54,755 nt of DNA from Candidatus Bathyarchaeota archaeon (lineage in GTDB: Archaea; Thermoproteota; CALKCG01; B24; JAGTQN01), in the NCBI GenBank assembly GCA_018396395.1, contig JAGTQN010000001.1:1-54755 (forward strand), written 5' to 3'. Every line of letters begins with the position of its first letter. Positions within the stretch are counted from its first letter, which is position 1. Below are positions 46,788 to 54,755 of this stretch, one piece after another. The notes beneath the pieces were generated by a model. That model was not told the DNA's origin. It made no database searches and saw only the letters and a list, made by a program, of their open reading frames with translations. The position numbers were made by a program, and so were the translations under genes.

Positions 46788-47971
46788 TTAGATTAGAAGG
46801 GCTATCGTCATTCCAATTCCGGCTATGAGGGTCAAAAGGGCGAAGGCTGGAGTGTAAGAGAGGAAGATATCATAAACAATTCCGATGACCAGTACCCCGA
46901 GGAAACCACCAACGTAGGCGAAACCGTCGATGAAGCTAGAAGCAGTTCCCAACTTCTTTTGGAAGAAAGATTGGAGAATAGGTGAAGTAGATGCTTCCAC
47001 CGAAGCCAAGAAATGCGAAGATCAGGGTAAACATCACCAAAACCATGTTTTCCTCTGCCGTAGAGGATAGGATCCACAGGGCCCAGGGCAGAAAGGGTGA
47101 AGGATATGGCTATAGCGAACTTGAACCTACTTTTGAATCCTCCTCCTGTCAACCAAGCTCCTATGAACATACTTCCAGCCCCTGTTAGGGTTGAAAGTCC
47201 TCCCAGAATCGAGCTTGCAATGGAGACATGTGTATTTTTTTTCTGTCAAATATGTTGGGAGCCATGCAAGTAAACTTCGGAAGATGCACATATAGCATGC
47301 GTAGGCAAGGGCTACCATCCATACGTTTCTGTTAAAAAGGATTAGACGAATTCTTTCCCTCATTACCAAAGAACCTTTTGACGAATCGATCCTATGGCAA
47401 TTTGATGGATCCTTTATAAAAACCAGAAAATCCCCGTTGTAAACAACAAAAGAAAGGATGGAAATAAGAACGAAGCACGCCAACTAAAATCCATCGCCAA
47501 ATAACCCGATAGGGCATATGCCACGGTAGGACCTAGTTTGCTGGAAGCAAAAGAAAGCCCATAGCAAATCCCATCGTTCCACTATCCTTCGAATAGGGAT
47601 CAGACACAAGGCGTGTTAGGGCCCCCAAACCATTCCCTGCCCCAGCCCGTTTAGAAACTGTAGCGCCAAACCGATCGAGAAACCTAGCAGAGGTGTAGTT
47701 AAAGCTGAGAGGGAAAAGGCTATGTTAGAAAGGGAGGAGATGATACCCCCAAGAATAACGACCCTCTTAGGACCTATGGTATCCCTAGAAGACCTGTGGG
47801 GAAGAGCGTGATGGCATAGGAAACCAGTTCTGCGGAGGCAAGGGCACCAACATCGCCATGGCTTCATCTGGTAGAGGGCCATCAATATCGGAAGGACGAG
47901 GTAAATTGTATCGGCACAAGTATAACGCCAAATACTCGATACCCAAGACTAGGGTTTTTCAACCTAATCAT
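46788..47971 (-). pseudogene. MFS transporter pseudogene
   Basis: Fragments YLCRYN, DTIGPKRVV, QFLNGLGQGMVW, WLPTYL and GTASSFIDGFAYVGG in different frames. Confidence 0.82.
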
Positions 47972-48048
47972 GAACGCCCTTCCTATCCCTTCTTTCCTCA
48001 AGTCCATTAGGAACCTTAAAGAGATGCCTAAGCCTAAAGCCTTGTGTT

Positions 48049-49506
48049 ATGTCCAAGGGCTTCAAGGCTTCCTATTCGGCTCGAATCCCTGCTTCAGATG
48101 TTACTTCCACCTCAAAATCCACCACATCCCCACGTTTTAAGGATGCCCTCACCCTCGCCATAGAAGCCCTAAGCCTCCTCGAGTTGAACAATTTAAGCGC
48201 CAGGGCAGCCCTCCGGGGGGCTACTGAGCAACTTGACATAGAGGACTATGAGGCCCAAAGGGCTGCCCACAGGTTGGTCTTCGAGACCCTCAAAAGGCTC
48301 AATTTCATAGATTTCATGATTAAAAATGCCTTGGACCCGGAGGTCTTCGATACCCTCCCCCTAGGCGTGAAGGCCTTTCTGAGGATATATGCCTACGAGG
48401 TCGTAATAAGGGGAAGGGGACTAAGGGGGGCCCTGGGCTATGTGAGGGCGGCCAGAGACATCCTTGGCTGGAGAACCCTAAATCCGGTTGAGGAAACCTT
48501 CGCCCGCCTTCTGGGCATGAGGCCCGAAGCCCTCATCCTCGCCTCCAAAGAACCTGAGAGAACGGCCCTTAGGACTTTCCACCCTCCCTGGTTCGTGGAA
48601 TATTGCGTAAGGGCCTTCGGAAGGGTTGAGGCCTTAAGGCTTCTTGAGTCTATAGGAAGGGGGGCGCCTTTTACCTTCCTAAGGCTTAACACACTTCGAG
48701 ATTCGGAGCCTCGTATCATCGAAGCCTTGGAGAGGGAGGGTATTAGGCTAAAGGCCTTTGAGGGAATTCGCCATCTTTATGTCTTGACTGGGAATCCCAA
48801 GCTTCCCCTTACGAGGATGAACGCTTATAGGGAAGGCCTCTTCGAAGAGCAAGACCTCCTCAGCGCTTACGCAGTAGAGGCCAGCGGAATAAAGAAAGGC
48901 TTCAAGGTTCTTGAGATAGGGACTAGGAGGCGTAGCCCTGGAGCCATGGCAAGCCACATGGCCCAACTTATGGAAAACGAAGGCCTCATCGTATCCTTAA
49001 GGGATTCTGGACGGGAAGCAAGGATCTGGAAGCTTACCATTGCCAGGATGGGAGTAAGGAACGCTGAGCTCATCCTTGCTAATGCCAATGCCGGCTTCGG
49101 AGCCGGGACTAAGGACTTTATTCCCTTAGACCTCGAGGCTGATCTGGTTTTCTTGGAACCTCCTTCCACTGAAACTGGAGCCTTCCATCAGGATCCATCC
49201 CTCAAGTGGAAAACGAAGCCCGAAGACATCCAACGCTTGGCGAGGCTTCAGGCTAACCTCCTCGAGTCGGCCTTGGGCTATGTAAGGCCTGGTGGGAGTC
49301 TTGTCTACCTAACCTCCAGCCTTACTATCGAGGAAAATGAGATGCAGATCGAAAGGCTCCTGAGGCTTCACAGCGAGTTTGAAGCCATTCCTTTGGAGCC
49401 AAGCCTGGGGCAGTCTGCTTTGAGGGGACTGAAGAACTGCAAAAGGTTTTTCCTCCATCGCCATGGTTGTGGAAGTGGCTTCATCGCTAAGCTGAGAAGG
49501 CTTTAA
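48049..49506 (+). CDS. RsmB/Fmu/NSUN-like RNA m5C methyltransferase homolog with NusB-like N-terminus (catalytic cysteines absent)
   Basis: HPPWFVEY, LRLNTL, PGGSLVY and EENE motifs; motif IV reads EPPS and motif VI reads TSS. Confidence 0.82.
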   Translation: MSKGFKASYSARIPASDVTSTSKSTTSPRFKDALTLAIEALSLLELNNLSARAALRGATEQLDIEDYEAQRAAHRLVFETLKRLNFIDFMIKNALDPEVFDTLPLGVKAFLRIYAYEVVIRGRGLRGALGYVRAARDILGWRTLNPVEETFARLLGMRPEALILASKEPERTALRTFHPPWFVEYCVRAFGRVEALRLLESIGRGAPFTFLRLNTLRDSEPRIIEALEREGIRLKAFEGIRHLYVLTGNPKLPLTRMNAYREGLFEEQDLLSAYAVEASGIKKGFKVLEIGTRRRSPGAMASHMAQLMENEGLIVSLRDSGREARIWKLTIARMGVRNAELILANANAGFGAGTKDFIPLDLEADLVFLEPPSTETGAFHQDPSLKWKTKPEDIQRLARLQANLLESALGYVRPGGSLVYLTSSLTIEENEMQIERLLRLHSEFEAIPLEPSLGQSALRGLKNCKRFFLHRHGCGSGFIAKLRRL

Positions 49507-49528
49507 GATGGGCTTAGAAAAAGCCTTA

Positions 49529-49546
49529 AAGCCTTCCGGAAGGCTT
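49529..49546. terminator. 18-bp perfect palindrome between convergent genes (possible terminator or protein-binding site)
   Basis: AAGCCTTCCGGAAGGCTT. Confidence 0.35.
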
Positions 49547-49593
49547 CAAGATAATCTCATCCTTCATTCCCTTCATCCTTCCCCTCCTTCCGC

Positions 49594-50472
49594 TCATCCT
49601 CTCTTCCTTCTTGCTCGCCTAAGCCTAACCAAGACAATGGGATAATGGGGAATTCTGCGAAGCATATCCCACGTTACTTTGGTCAAGCCCCTAGCTTTAA
49701 GTCTCTCAGCCATTTCCCAGACATCCCTTCCCGCTCCATGGCCCCTTAGCCTCTCGGCAAGGAAGCAGATTTCCAAAAGCCCATCTAAGGGAAGGGAAGG
49801 ACCTTCCATAGCAAAGGCTACGGCCACGGGTGTAGGTCTCGCCTTCAACTTCAGGGAGGCTCCTATCAGATAGGCGAAAAAACCTAGAGGCTTTATTCCC
49901 TTTATCGGATTTCTCACCGTTGTGAAGTAAAGGCTTCTCCAATGGAAGGTTCGATCGGTGTCCGATATGATAACCGTCGCATGTTTACCAGTTTCTCGAA
50001 GGATTATATCCCTTAAGCCTTCAGCTATCTTCTGGGCATTCCTAAGGGGTAGGGCCGCGTAAGCGTATGGCAGGTTTACGACGTCTATGCCACCCTCAGA
50101 GGCATGGCGTAGGGCATGGAGAAAACCCCCATGCCTCAGGATCGCCTCCTTATGATGGGATCCCTCTTGTAATGGATATGCCCTTAGCCTTAAGATCGTC
50201 GTGGGCTTGAGATGGCATAGGTAGCCTAAGAAATAGCCCCATCCAATCCGCATCCAAAACCTTGCCAGGAACTTAGCCATAAGGCTCGGCTTGTATTCGC
50301 TCTCATCGATAATGTTGCCAAGGGCTACGGAAAGGGCCTTTTGGGAAAGCACTATGAAATCCCCATCCCTTAGCCAAGGGCGGACAGCCTCGAGGATGAG
50401 GCTTTCATAATCGCTTCCCGGGAGCCATAGGGGGGTCTGAAGGGCCTTGGCGGAAAGCCTCAGAAGCCTCAA
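49594..50472 (-). CDS. Coenzyme F420-0:L-glutamate ligase (CofE)-like protein
   Basis: DGDFIVLSQKALS, GGIDVVN, VIISDTD and PIVLVR motifs. Confidence 0.75.
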   Translation of the reverse strand: MRLLRLSAKALQTPLWLPGSDYESLILEAVRPWLRDGDFIVLSQKALSVALGNIIDESEYKPSLMAKFLARFWMRIGWGYFLGYLCHLKPTTILRLRAYPLQEGSHHKEAILRHGGFLHALRHASEGGIDVVNLPYAYAALPLRNAQKIAEGLRDIILRETGKHATVIISDTDRTFHWRSLYFTTVRNPIKGIKPLGFFAYLIGASLKLKARPTPVAVAFAMEGPSLPLDGLLEICFLAERLRGHGAGRDVWEMAERLKARGLTKVTWDMLRRIPHYPIVLVRLRRARRKRG

Positions 50473-50615
50473 GGACCTTTCCTTTTCTTTCTTTCCCTTG
50501 CATCCAGGAATGCCGCTTCTACTTTACGGTAGTTCTTTCTATCTCTATCCTACTTGGCTTAACGATAAGAGGATGCTCCCTTAAGCATCCATAGGTTTCA
50601 TGGAAAACCTAAGCC

Positions 50616-50999
50616 TCACCTCGAATCTGAGGAATTGGAACTTCCCTCCGCCTTCCGGCCTTCATATTCGACGACCCAGGCACCTCTCCTCGAACGGGTT
50701 AAATCCTCGATACGCCGCCTCACTTGTTTTATGGAGGTCTCCAGCCCCTTAATCCTCTTCTCAACCTCTCCAAGCTCATTCTCAAGAGGTCCTATACGAT
50801 TGGTGAGGTTGAGCATGGATCTTTCGAGGCGCCCAGCCTCTAGATAATCCCTAGTGCTGTAAAACTTACTCCTAACCTCTTCGAGGTCTCGCTTGAGTTC
50901 CGCCAAGGCGGAGTTAAGCTCACCCCTTCGCCGTTGGGCTTCCTTGAGGGCTTCCTCGAGCTTTGCCTCCTCCTCCTTAAGCTCTTCGATGGAAGACAT
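50616..50999 (-). CDS. Small coiled-coil hypothetical protein
   Basis: Continuous heptad pattern; GGGAGG Shine-Dalgarno-like sequence upstream. Confidence 0.7.
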   Translation of the reverse strand: MSSIEELKEEEAKLEEALKEAQRRRGELNSALAELKRDLEEVRSKFYSTRDYLEAGRLERSMLNLTNRIGPLENELGEVEKRIKGLETSIKQVRRRIEDLTRSRRGAWVVEYEGRKAEGSSNSSDSR

Positions 51000-51084
51000 G
51001 GTAATGCAGCCTCCCTTAAATGGAAAGGGAATTCCTTTTTTATAATTTTCTCCCTATTCACTTCAATTCAATTTATATGGTTTT

Positions 51085-52173
51085 TTGGATGTGGACCCTT
51101 TGAACGGACGCGAGCGTTTCAGGAGAATTATGGACTTCGAGAGGCCCGACCGGTTGCCCCTCTACGAGTGGCTTGGCTTCTGGAAGGATACCTTGGACCG
51201 ATGGTATGGGGAGGGGCTCCCTCCTGGAATGGCAGTCGAGGACTACTTCGACTTCGATAAGACGGAGATCCTTCCGATAGACTTTGGTCCTATACCAAGA
51301 TTTGTTCCGAGGACTTTGGAGGAAGATGATCGATACAAGATCGTCATAAACGAGAAGGGCATCATCGCGAAACACCTGAAAACTTCGACCTCCATGCCAA
51401 GCTTCCTAGCCTTTCCCGTTAAGTCCAGGGAAGACTTCCATAAAATCAAGGTGCGCTTCAACCCTAAGGATCCTAGGCGTTATCCAATAACTTGGAGCGA
51501 TGAGCTTATAGAGTACTATAAAGCCCTCGATCGTCCTTTAAGGCTTCGTTTCCCTGGCTTCTTCTGGCAGGCAAGGGACCTTATGGGCCTTCCCTATCTT
51601 TCCATAGCCTTCTTTAGGGAAAAGAGGCTTCTCCATGAATTCTTCGATTTTTGGGCAGACTTCATCATCGAGACGAGTGAGGAAGCCCTATCTGTCGTAA
51701 GACCCGATTATGTGGACTTCGCCGAGGACATGTCCTATAAGAATGGCCCCCACATCTCGCCAAGGTTCTTCGAGGACTTCATCCAACCATCCTATTGCAA
51801 AGTTACATCCTTCCTCCGTAGCAAGGGCATCGATGTCATCGCCGTGGATACGGATGGGGACCCATCTCTTCTCCTTCCTAGCCTTATCGAAGCCGGAGTG
51901 AACTGCCTGATCCCCCTTGAGGTGGCCGCCGGTATGGATGTCGGAAGGCTAAGAAAAGCCTATGGAAGAAAGCTTCGCTTCATAGGAGGCATCGATAAGC
52001 GTGCCCTGGCCTTAGGAGGGACGCATCTAGAAGCTGAGGTAAGGAGGAGGTTCCAAGAGGCAAAGGGAGGGGGCTATATCCCCTCAGTAGATCATAGTGT
52101 TCCAGTGGACGTTTCCTTTCAGAACTACTGCCGATATGTGGAGCTGAGAAGGGAACTCATGCATGACCTATGA
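51085..52173 (+). CDS. Uroporphyrinogen decarboxylase-superfamily (MtaA/CmuA-like) protein
   Basis: RERF...PDRLP, EDMSYKNGPHISP, VDTDG, GGIDKR and GGYIPSVDH motifs. Confidence 0.85.
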   Translation: MDVDPLNGRERFRRIMDFERPDRLPLYEWLGFWKDTLDRWYGEGLPPGMAVEDYFDFDKTEILPIDFGPIPRFVPRTLEEDDRYKIVINEKGIIAKHLKTSTSMPSFLAFPVKSREDFHKIKVRFNPKDPRRYPITWSDELIEYYKALDRPLRLRFPGFFWQARDLMGLPYLSIAFFREKRLLHEFFDFWADFIIETSEEALSVVRPDYVDFAEDMSYKNGPHISPRFFEDFIQPSYCKVTSFLRSKGIDVIAVDTDGDPSLLLPSLIEAGVNCLIPLEVAAGMDVGRLRKAYGRKLRFIGGIDKRALALGGTHLEAEVRRRFQEAKGGGYIPSVDHSVPVDVSFQNYCRYVELRRELMHDL

Positions 52174-52303
52174 TGGCATGATTGGCGGATCGTTGCTTGC
52201 TGATTTGTTTGCTGGCTGTTTTCGTTCTTCAGCTCATAGGAGAAAAAGATAAACGGCTCAAGTAGAAACATTTTTCATACTCATAGGATGGGATTGATAA
52301 GCC

Positions 52304-53014
52304 TTGAAAACCCCTTTGGCGGCATCAGTGCCCCCAGCAAAGCGTAGGATCGAGTTCGACTCAGCCCTGTGTAGCTGGTGTGGTTGTTGTGAGCTTATAT
52401 GCTCTCTAGTCCACGAGGACGAATGTCGTCCCTCCTTGGCCAGGATTCATATAGTCGTAAATCAGTTTGCTGCGAAAGTTTCGGCAAGCTTCTGTAAGCA
52501 ATGCGATGAGGCGCCATGCATTTCGGCATGTCCTGTCAAGGCAATATTCGTGGATGTGGGAACGGGGGCAAGGATCATCGATGAAGGGCTTTGCGTTGGA
52601 TGCGGAGCCTGTGCAAAAGCATGTCCCCTCAACATGGAAGGGAATGTCTTAACCCTCAATCCTGAAAAGAACGTTTACATAAAGTGCGACCTTTGTGTTG
52701 GGCTTGGCGGCCCCCGTTGTGTGGCTATATGTCCTCAAGGGGCTCTGAGATACATCGAAGTTGAGACTTTAGGGTTCGATCCTTGTCCTCCCTCGATTTC
52801 CAAAGGGAATGGCGTAACGAAGAATGATGGCGGAAAAGCCCTAGGAGGGAATGAGGATCGGGGGAATGATGGGTTAATAATTGCTAATCTTCTAGATAGA
52901 TCGAAGAAGAAGGAAAAGAAAGTGAAATGGATAAGCCCCCTCAGCTCGGATCGATCTAACCCATATCCCTTCCTTTTTAACTTAAATTTATATAACATTT
53001 ATAAGCAGTTATAA
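52304..53014 (+). CDS. 4Fe-4S dicluster (ferredoxin-like electron-transfer) protein
   Basis: Four CxxCxxCxxxC-type motifs; ~80-aa C-terminal tail looks non-conserved. Confidence 0.85.
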   Translation: MKTPLAASVPPAKRRIEFDSALCSWCGCCELICSLVHEDECRPSLARIHIVVNQFAAKVSASFCKQCDEAPCISACPVKAIFVDVGTGARIIDEGLCVGCGACAKACPLNMEGNVLTLNPEKNVYIKCDLCVGLGGPRCVAICPQGALRYIEVETLGFDPCPPSISKGNGVTKNDGGKALGGNEDRGNDGLIIANLLDRSKKKEKKVKWISPLSSDRSNPYPFLFNLNLYNIYKQL

Positions 53015-53016
53015 AA
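52987..53016 (+). promoter_or_regulatory. TATA-like boxes upstream of tbp
   Basis: TTTATATA, TTTATAA and TTATAAAA in tandem. Confidence 0.45.
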
Positions 53017-53051
53017 AGTCGTCATGTTTTTTACCACAAGGTGGTAAGGTT

Positions 53052-53630
53052 TTGCCAAAGCCCATTATCCAAGTGGAGAATGTTGTTGCAAGTATCGTCC
53101 TAAACCAGACGATAGATCTTCTAAGTGTAGTTAAGGCCCTCCCTGATACTGTTGAATACAGGCCCGAACAGTTTCCTGGACTTGTGTTCCGTTTGAAGAA
53201 TCCCAAGACGGCAACTTTAATCTTCAATTCCGGGAAAATGGTTTGTACAGGCGCTAAGTCTGAGGCCCTCGCCAAGAAGGCCGTAAAAAAGGTCATAAAT
53301 CAACTCGAATCGAGTGGCATCATCATTCTATCGAAGCCTGAGATCAAGATACAGAACATCGTCGCCTCTGCAAGCCTCGGCGGAAAGATAGACTTAGAAA
53401 AGGCAACCCTAAGCTTAGGAAGGACCATGTACGAACCCGAGCAGTTTCCTGGGCTCATCTATCGGATGGATGACCCGAAGGTTGTCATCCTTCTCTTCGC
53501 CAGTGGAAAGCTCGTGTGTACAGGCGCAAAGAAGGAGGAGGACGTTCATAGGGCCGTTGAAAGGCTTCAGAAGAGACTTGAGGAGGAGGGACTCATTTAC
53601 TACGGAGGAACAGAGGCCCTCAAGGTTTAG
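53052..53630 (+). CDS. tbp: TATA-box binding protein
   Basis: Two repeats: ENVVAS/QNIVAS, YRPEQFPGL/YEPEQFPGL and LIFNSGKMVCTG/LLFASGKLVCTG. Confidence 0.98.
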   Translation: MPKPIIQVENVVASIVLNQTIDLLSVVKALPDTVEYRPEQFPGLVFRLKNPKTATLIFNSGKMVCTGAKSEALAKKAVKKVINQLESSGIIILSKPEIKIQNIVASASLGGKIDLEKATLSLGRTMYEPEQFPGLIYRMDDPKVVILLFASGKLVCTGAKKEEDVHRAVERLQKRLEEEGLIYYGGTEALKV

Positions 53631-54059
53631 GGAACCTGGCTTTAAACCTGGCTTTTAGCTTCTAATAATACTATTAGTTAGAACGCAAATTTATTTTATC
53701 AGAATGAGAAGCGATGAGGGAATATAAATAATAACGCTCACATTAAGAAGACGTGACATGTTCCTCCTTTCATACTTTATGCGGATTTCATATCCTCAGT
53801 TAAGCCCAAAATGGGCTTATTTCCCTCAAATTTTATAATAGAAATCACAATGTTAATATTTACAAAGAGAACAAGTTAGAAGCAAAAGACGACAGCACTG
53901 TACTTTTATTCTTACAACCAGTACTCCTCCTTCCGAATATCTTAAGCTTCATAAGCCTTCTGGGAGAAGGCAATCATAGGTTAAAGAGTTCCTATCCTAA
54001 GATCCCTTGCTATTTTATTTTTCCTTTCTTTTTCTTTTCTTCTTTTCCTTTTCTTCTTT

Positions 54060-54755
54060 TTATGCCTTAATCCTTCTGTCCACAACCTCCTCTACACTAG
54101 GACCAGTTCCTACTATCGTCACGGGAACCCCCAGCCTTTCCTCGATCTCCGTTATGAATTCCTTTCCTCGCTGGGACAGTTCCTCGAATCTCTGAACCCC
54201 ATGGCACTCAGGGAACAGCACATCGAGCTTTGTTATCGCCAACTGAGTCGGACTGTTGAGCATGACGGCCCTTTCTGCCAAGCGAAAGTTAAAGGGGGCT
54301 GCGCGCCTCTCCCTTCCCGTTACGGTAGCCCTCTCGAGCCACCCTCTACTTATCGCCTCCTCCCTGCTTAGTTCCCCCTCTAAAGGCCCAGCTCCCACTC
54401 TGGTAGTGAAGGCTTTGAAGACAAGGAGAACCTCGTCAACCCTCTTGGGACCAACGCCACATTCGCTCGCTATGGCAGAGGCCGTCGTATCCCTTGAGGT
54501 GACATATGGATATGTTCCATGGATGAGGGAGAGGAAAGTTCCTTGGGTCCCTTCCAGAGCGACCTTCTCGCCCCTGGCTAGGGCTTTATTCACCTCTAAG
54601 GCCACATCCGCCAAGTATGGAGTCAACTCTGGCACTTCCCTCGCGAGCTTTGCGATACGCTTAACCCTATCTTCCTGTGCCGGCCCGACACCCTGTCCCG
54701 TAGTCCCTATCCTTCCTCCTGTTGCTCGATCCCTCTCGATATGGGTATACTCTAT
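54060..54755 (-). CDS. purA: Adenylosuccinate synthetase (5' end outside the window)
   Basis: IGTTGQGVGPA, EGTQG, GTYPYVTS, TVTGRERR, TKLD and GTGP motifs; frame open to the window edge. Confidence 0.95.
   Translation of the reverse strand: MEYTHIERDRATGGRIGTTGQGVGPAQEDRVKRIAKLAREVPELTPYLADVALEVNKALARGEKVALEGTQGTFLSLIHGTYPYVTSRDTTASAIASECGVGPKRVDEVLLVFKAFTTRVGAGPLEGELSREEAISRGWLERATVTGRERRAAPFNFRLAERAVMLNSPTQLAITKLDVLFPECHGVQRFEELSQRGKEFITEIEERLGVPVTIVGTGPSVEEVVDRRIKA

Noticed and set aside
53631..54059. 430-bp AT-rich gap between tbp and purA with a direct repeat (AACCTGGCTTT x2) and a hairpin (TAAGCCCA-AAA-TGGGCTTA)
   Set aside because: No tRNA/sRNA motifs, ORBs or clear TIR/TSD; consistent with ordinary terminator or spacer DNA.
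4167..54195. Numerous short ORFs antisense to or nested in longer genes in the six-frame track
   Set aside because: Shadow ORFs of well-supported genes, with no motifs of their own.

Overview
Archaeal chromosomal segment. PolD small subunit, Orc1/Cdc6, TBP, GPN GTPase and PaREP1 suggest a PolD-containing TACK lineage such as Bathyarchaeia; this is inferred, not verified. The left end holds a probable replication origin (ORB boxes and an AT-rich tract at ~2.1-2.5 kb) next to orc1/cdc6, with DP1 and pyrB nearby. The right end holds core genes: a RsmB/NSUN-like gene, a CofE-like gene, tbp and a partial purA. Between them (~12.5-48 kb) is an accessory catabolic region. Its centre is a 1490-aa fusion of an apparently catalytically dead M28/PA peptidase ectodomain to a MacB/FtsX permease. 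Around it are two distantly related OPT-like membrane proteins, two M28 peptidases with largely intact motifs, and a block of large hydrolases without signal peptides. These hydrolases are an (alpha/alpha)6 GH-like protein, a transglutaminase-like protein, a C45 Ntn-hydrolase, a GH42-like/GATase multidomain protein and a DUF4838-like protein. Mobile and decayed DNA includes a 496-bp MITE with TIRs and an 8-bp TSD, IS5 and IS110 remnants, and ABC-2 and MFS pseudogenes. I saw no tRNA, rRNA or CRISPR array. Family assignments come from motif recognition by eye and need HMM confirmation.
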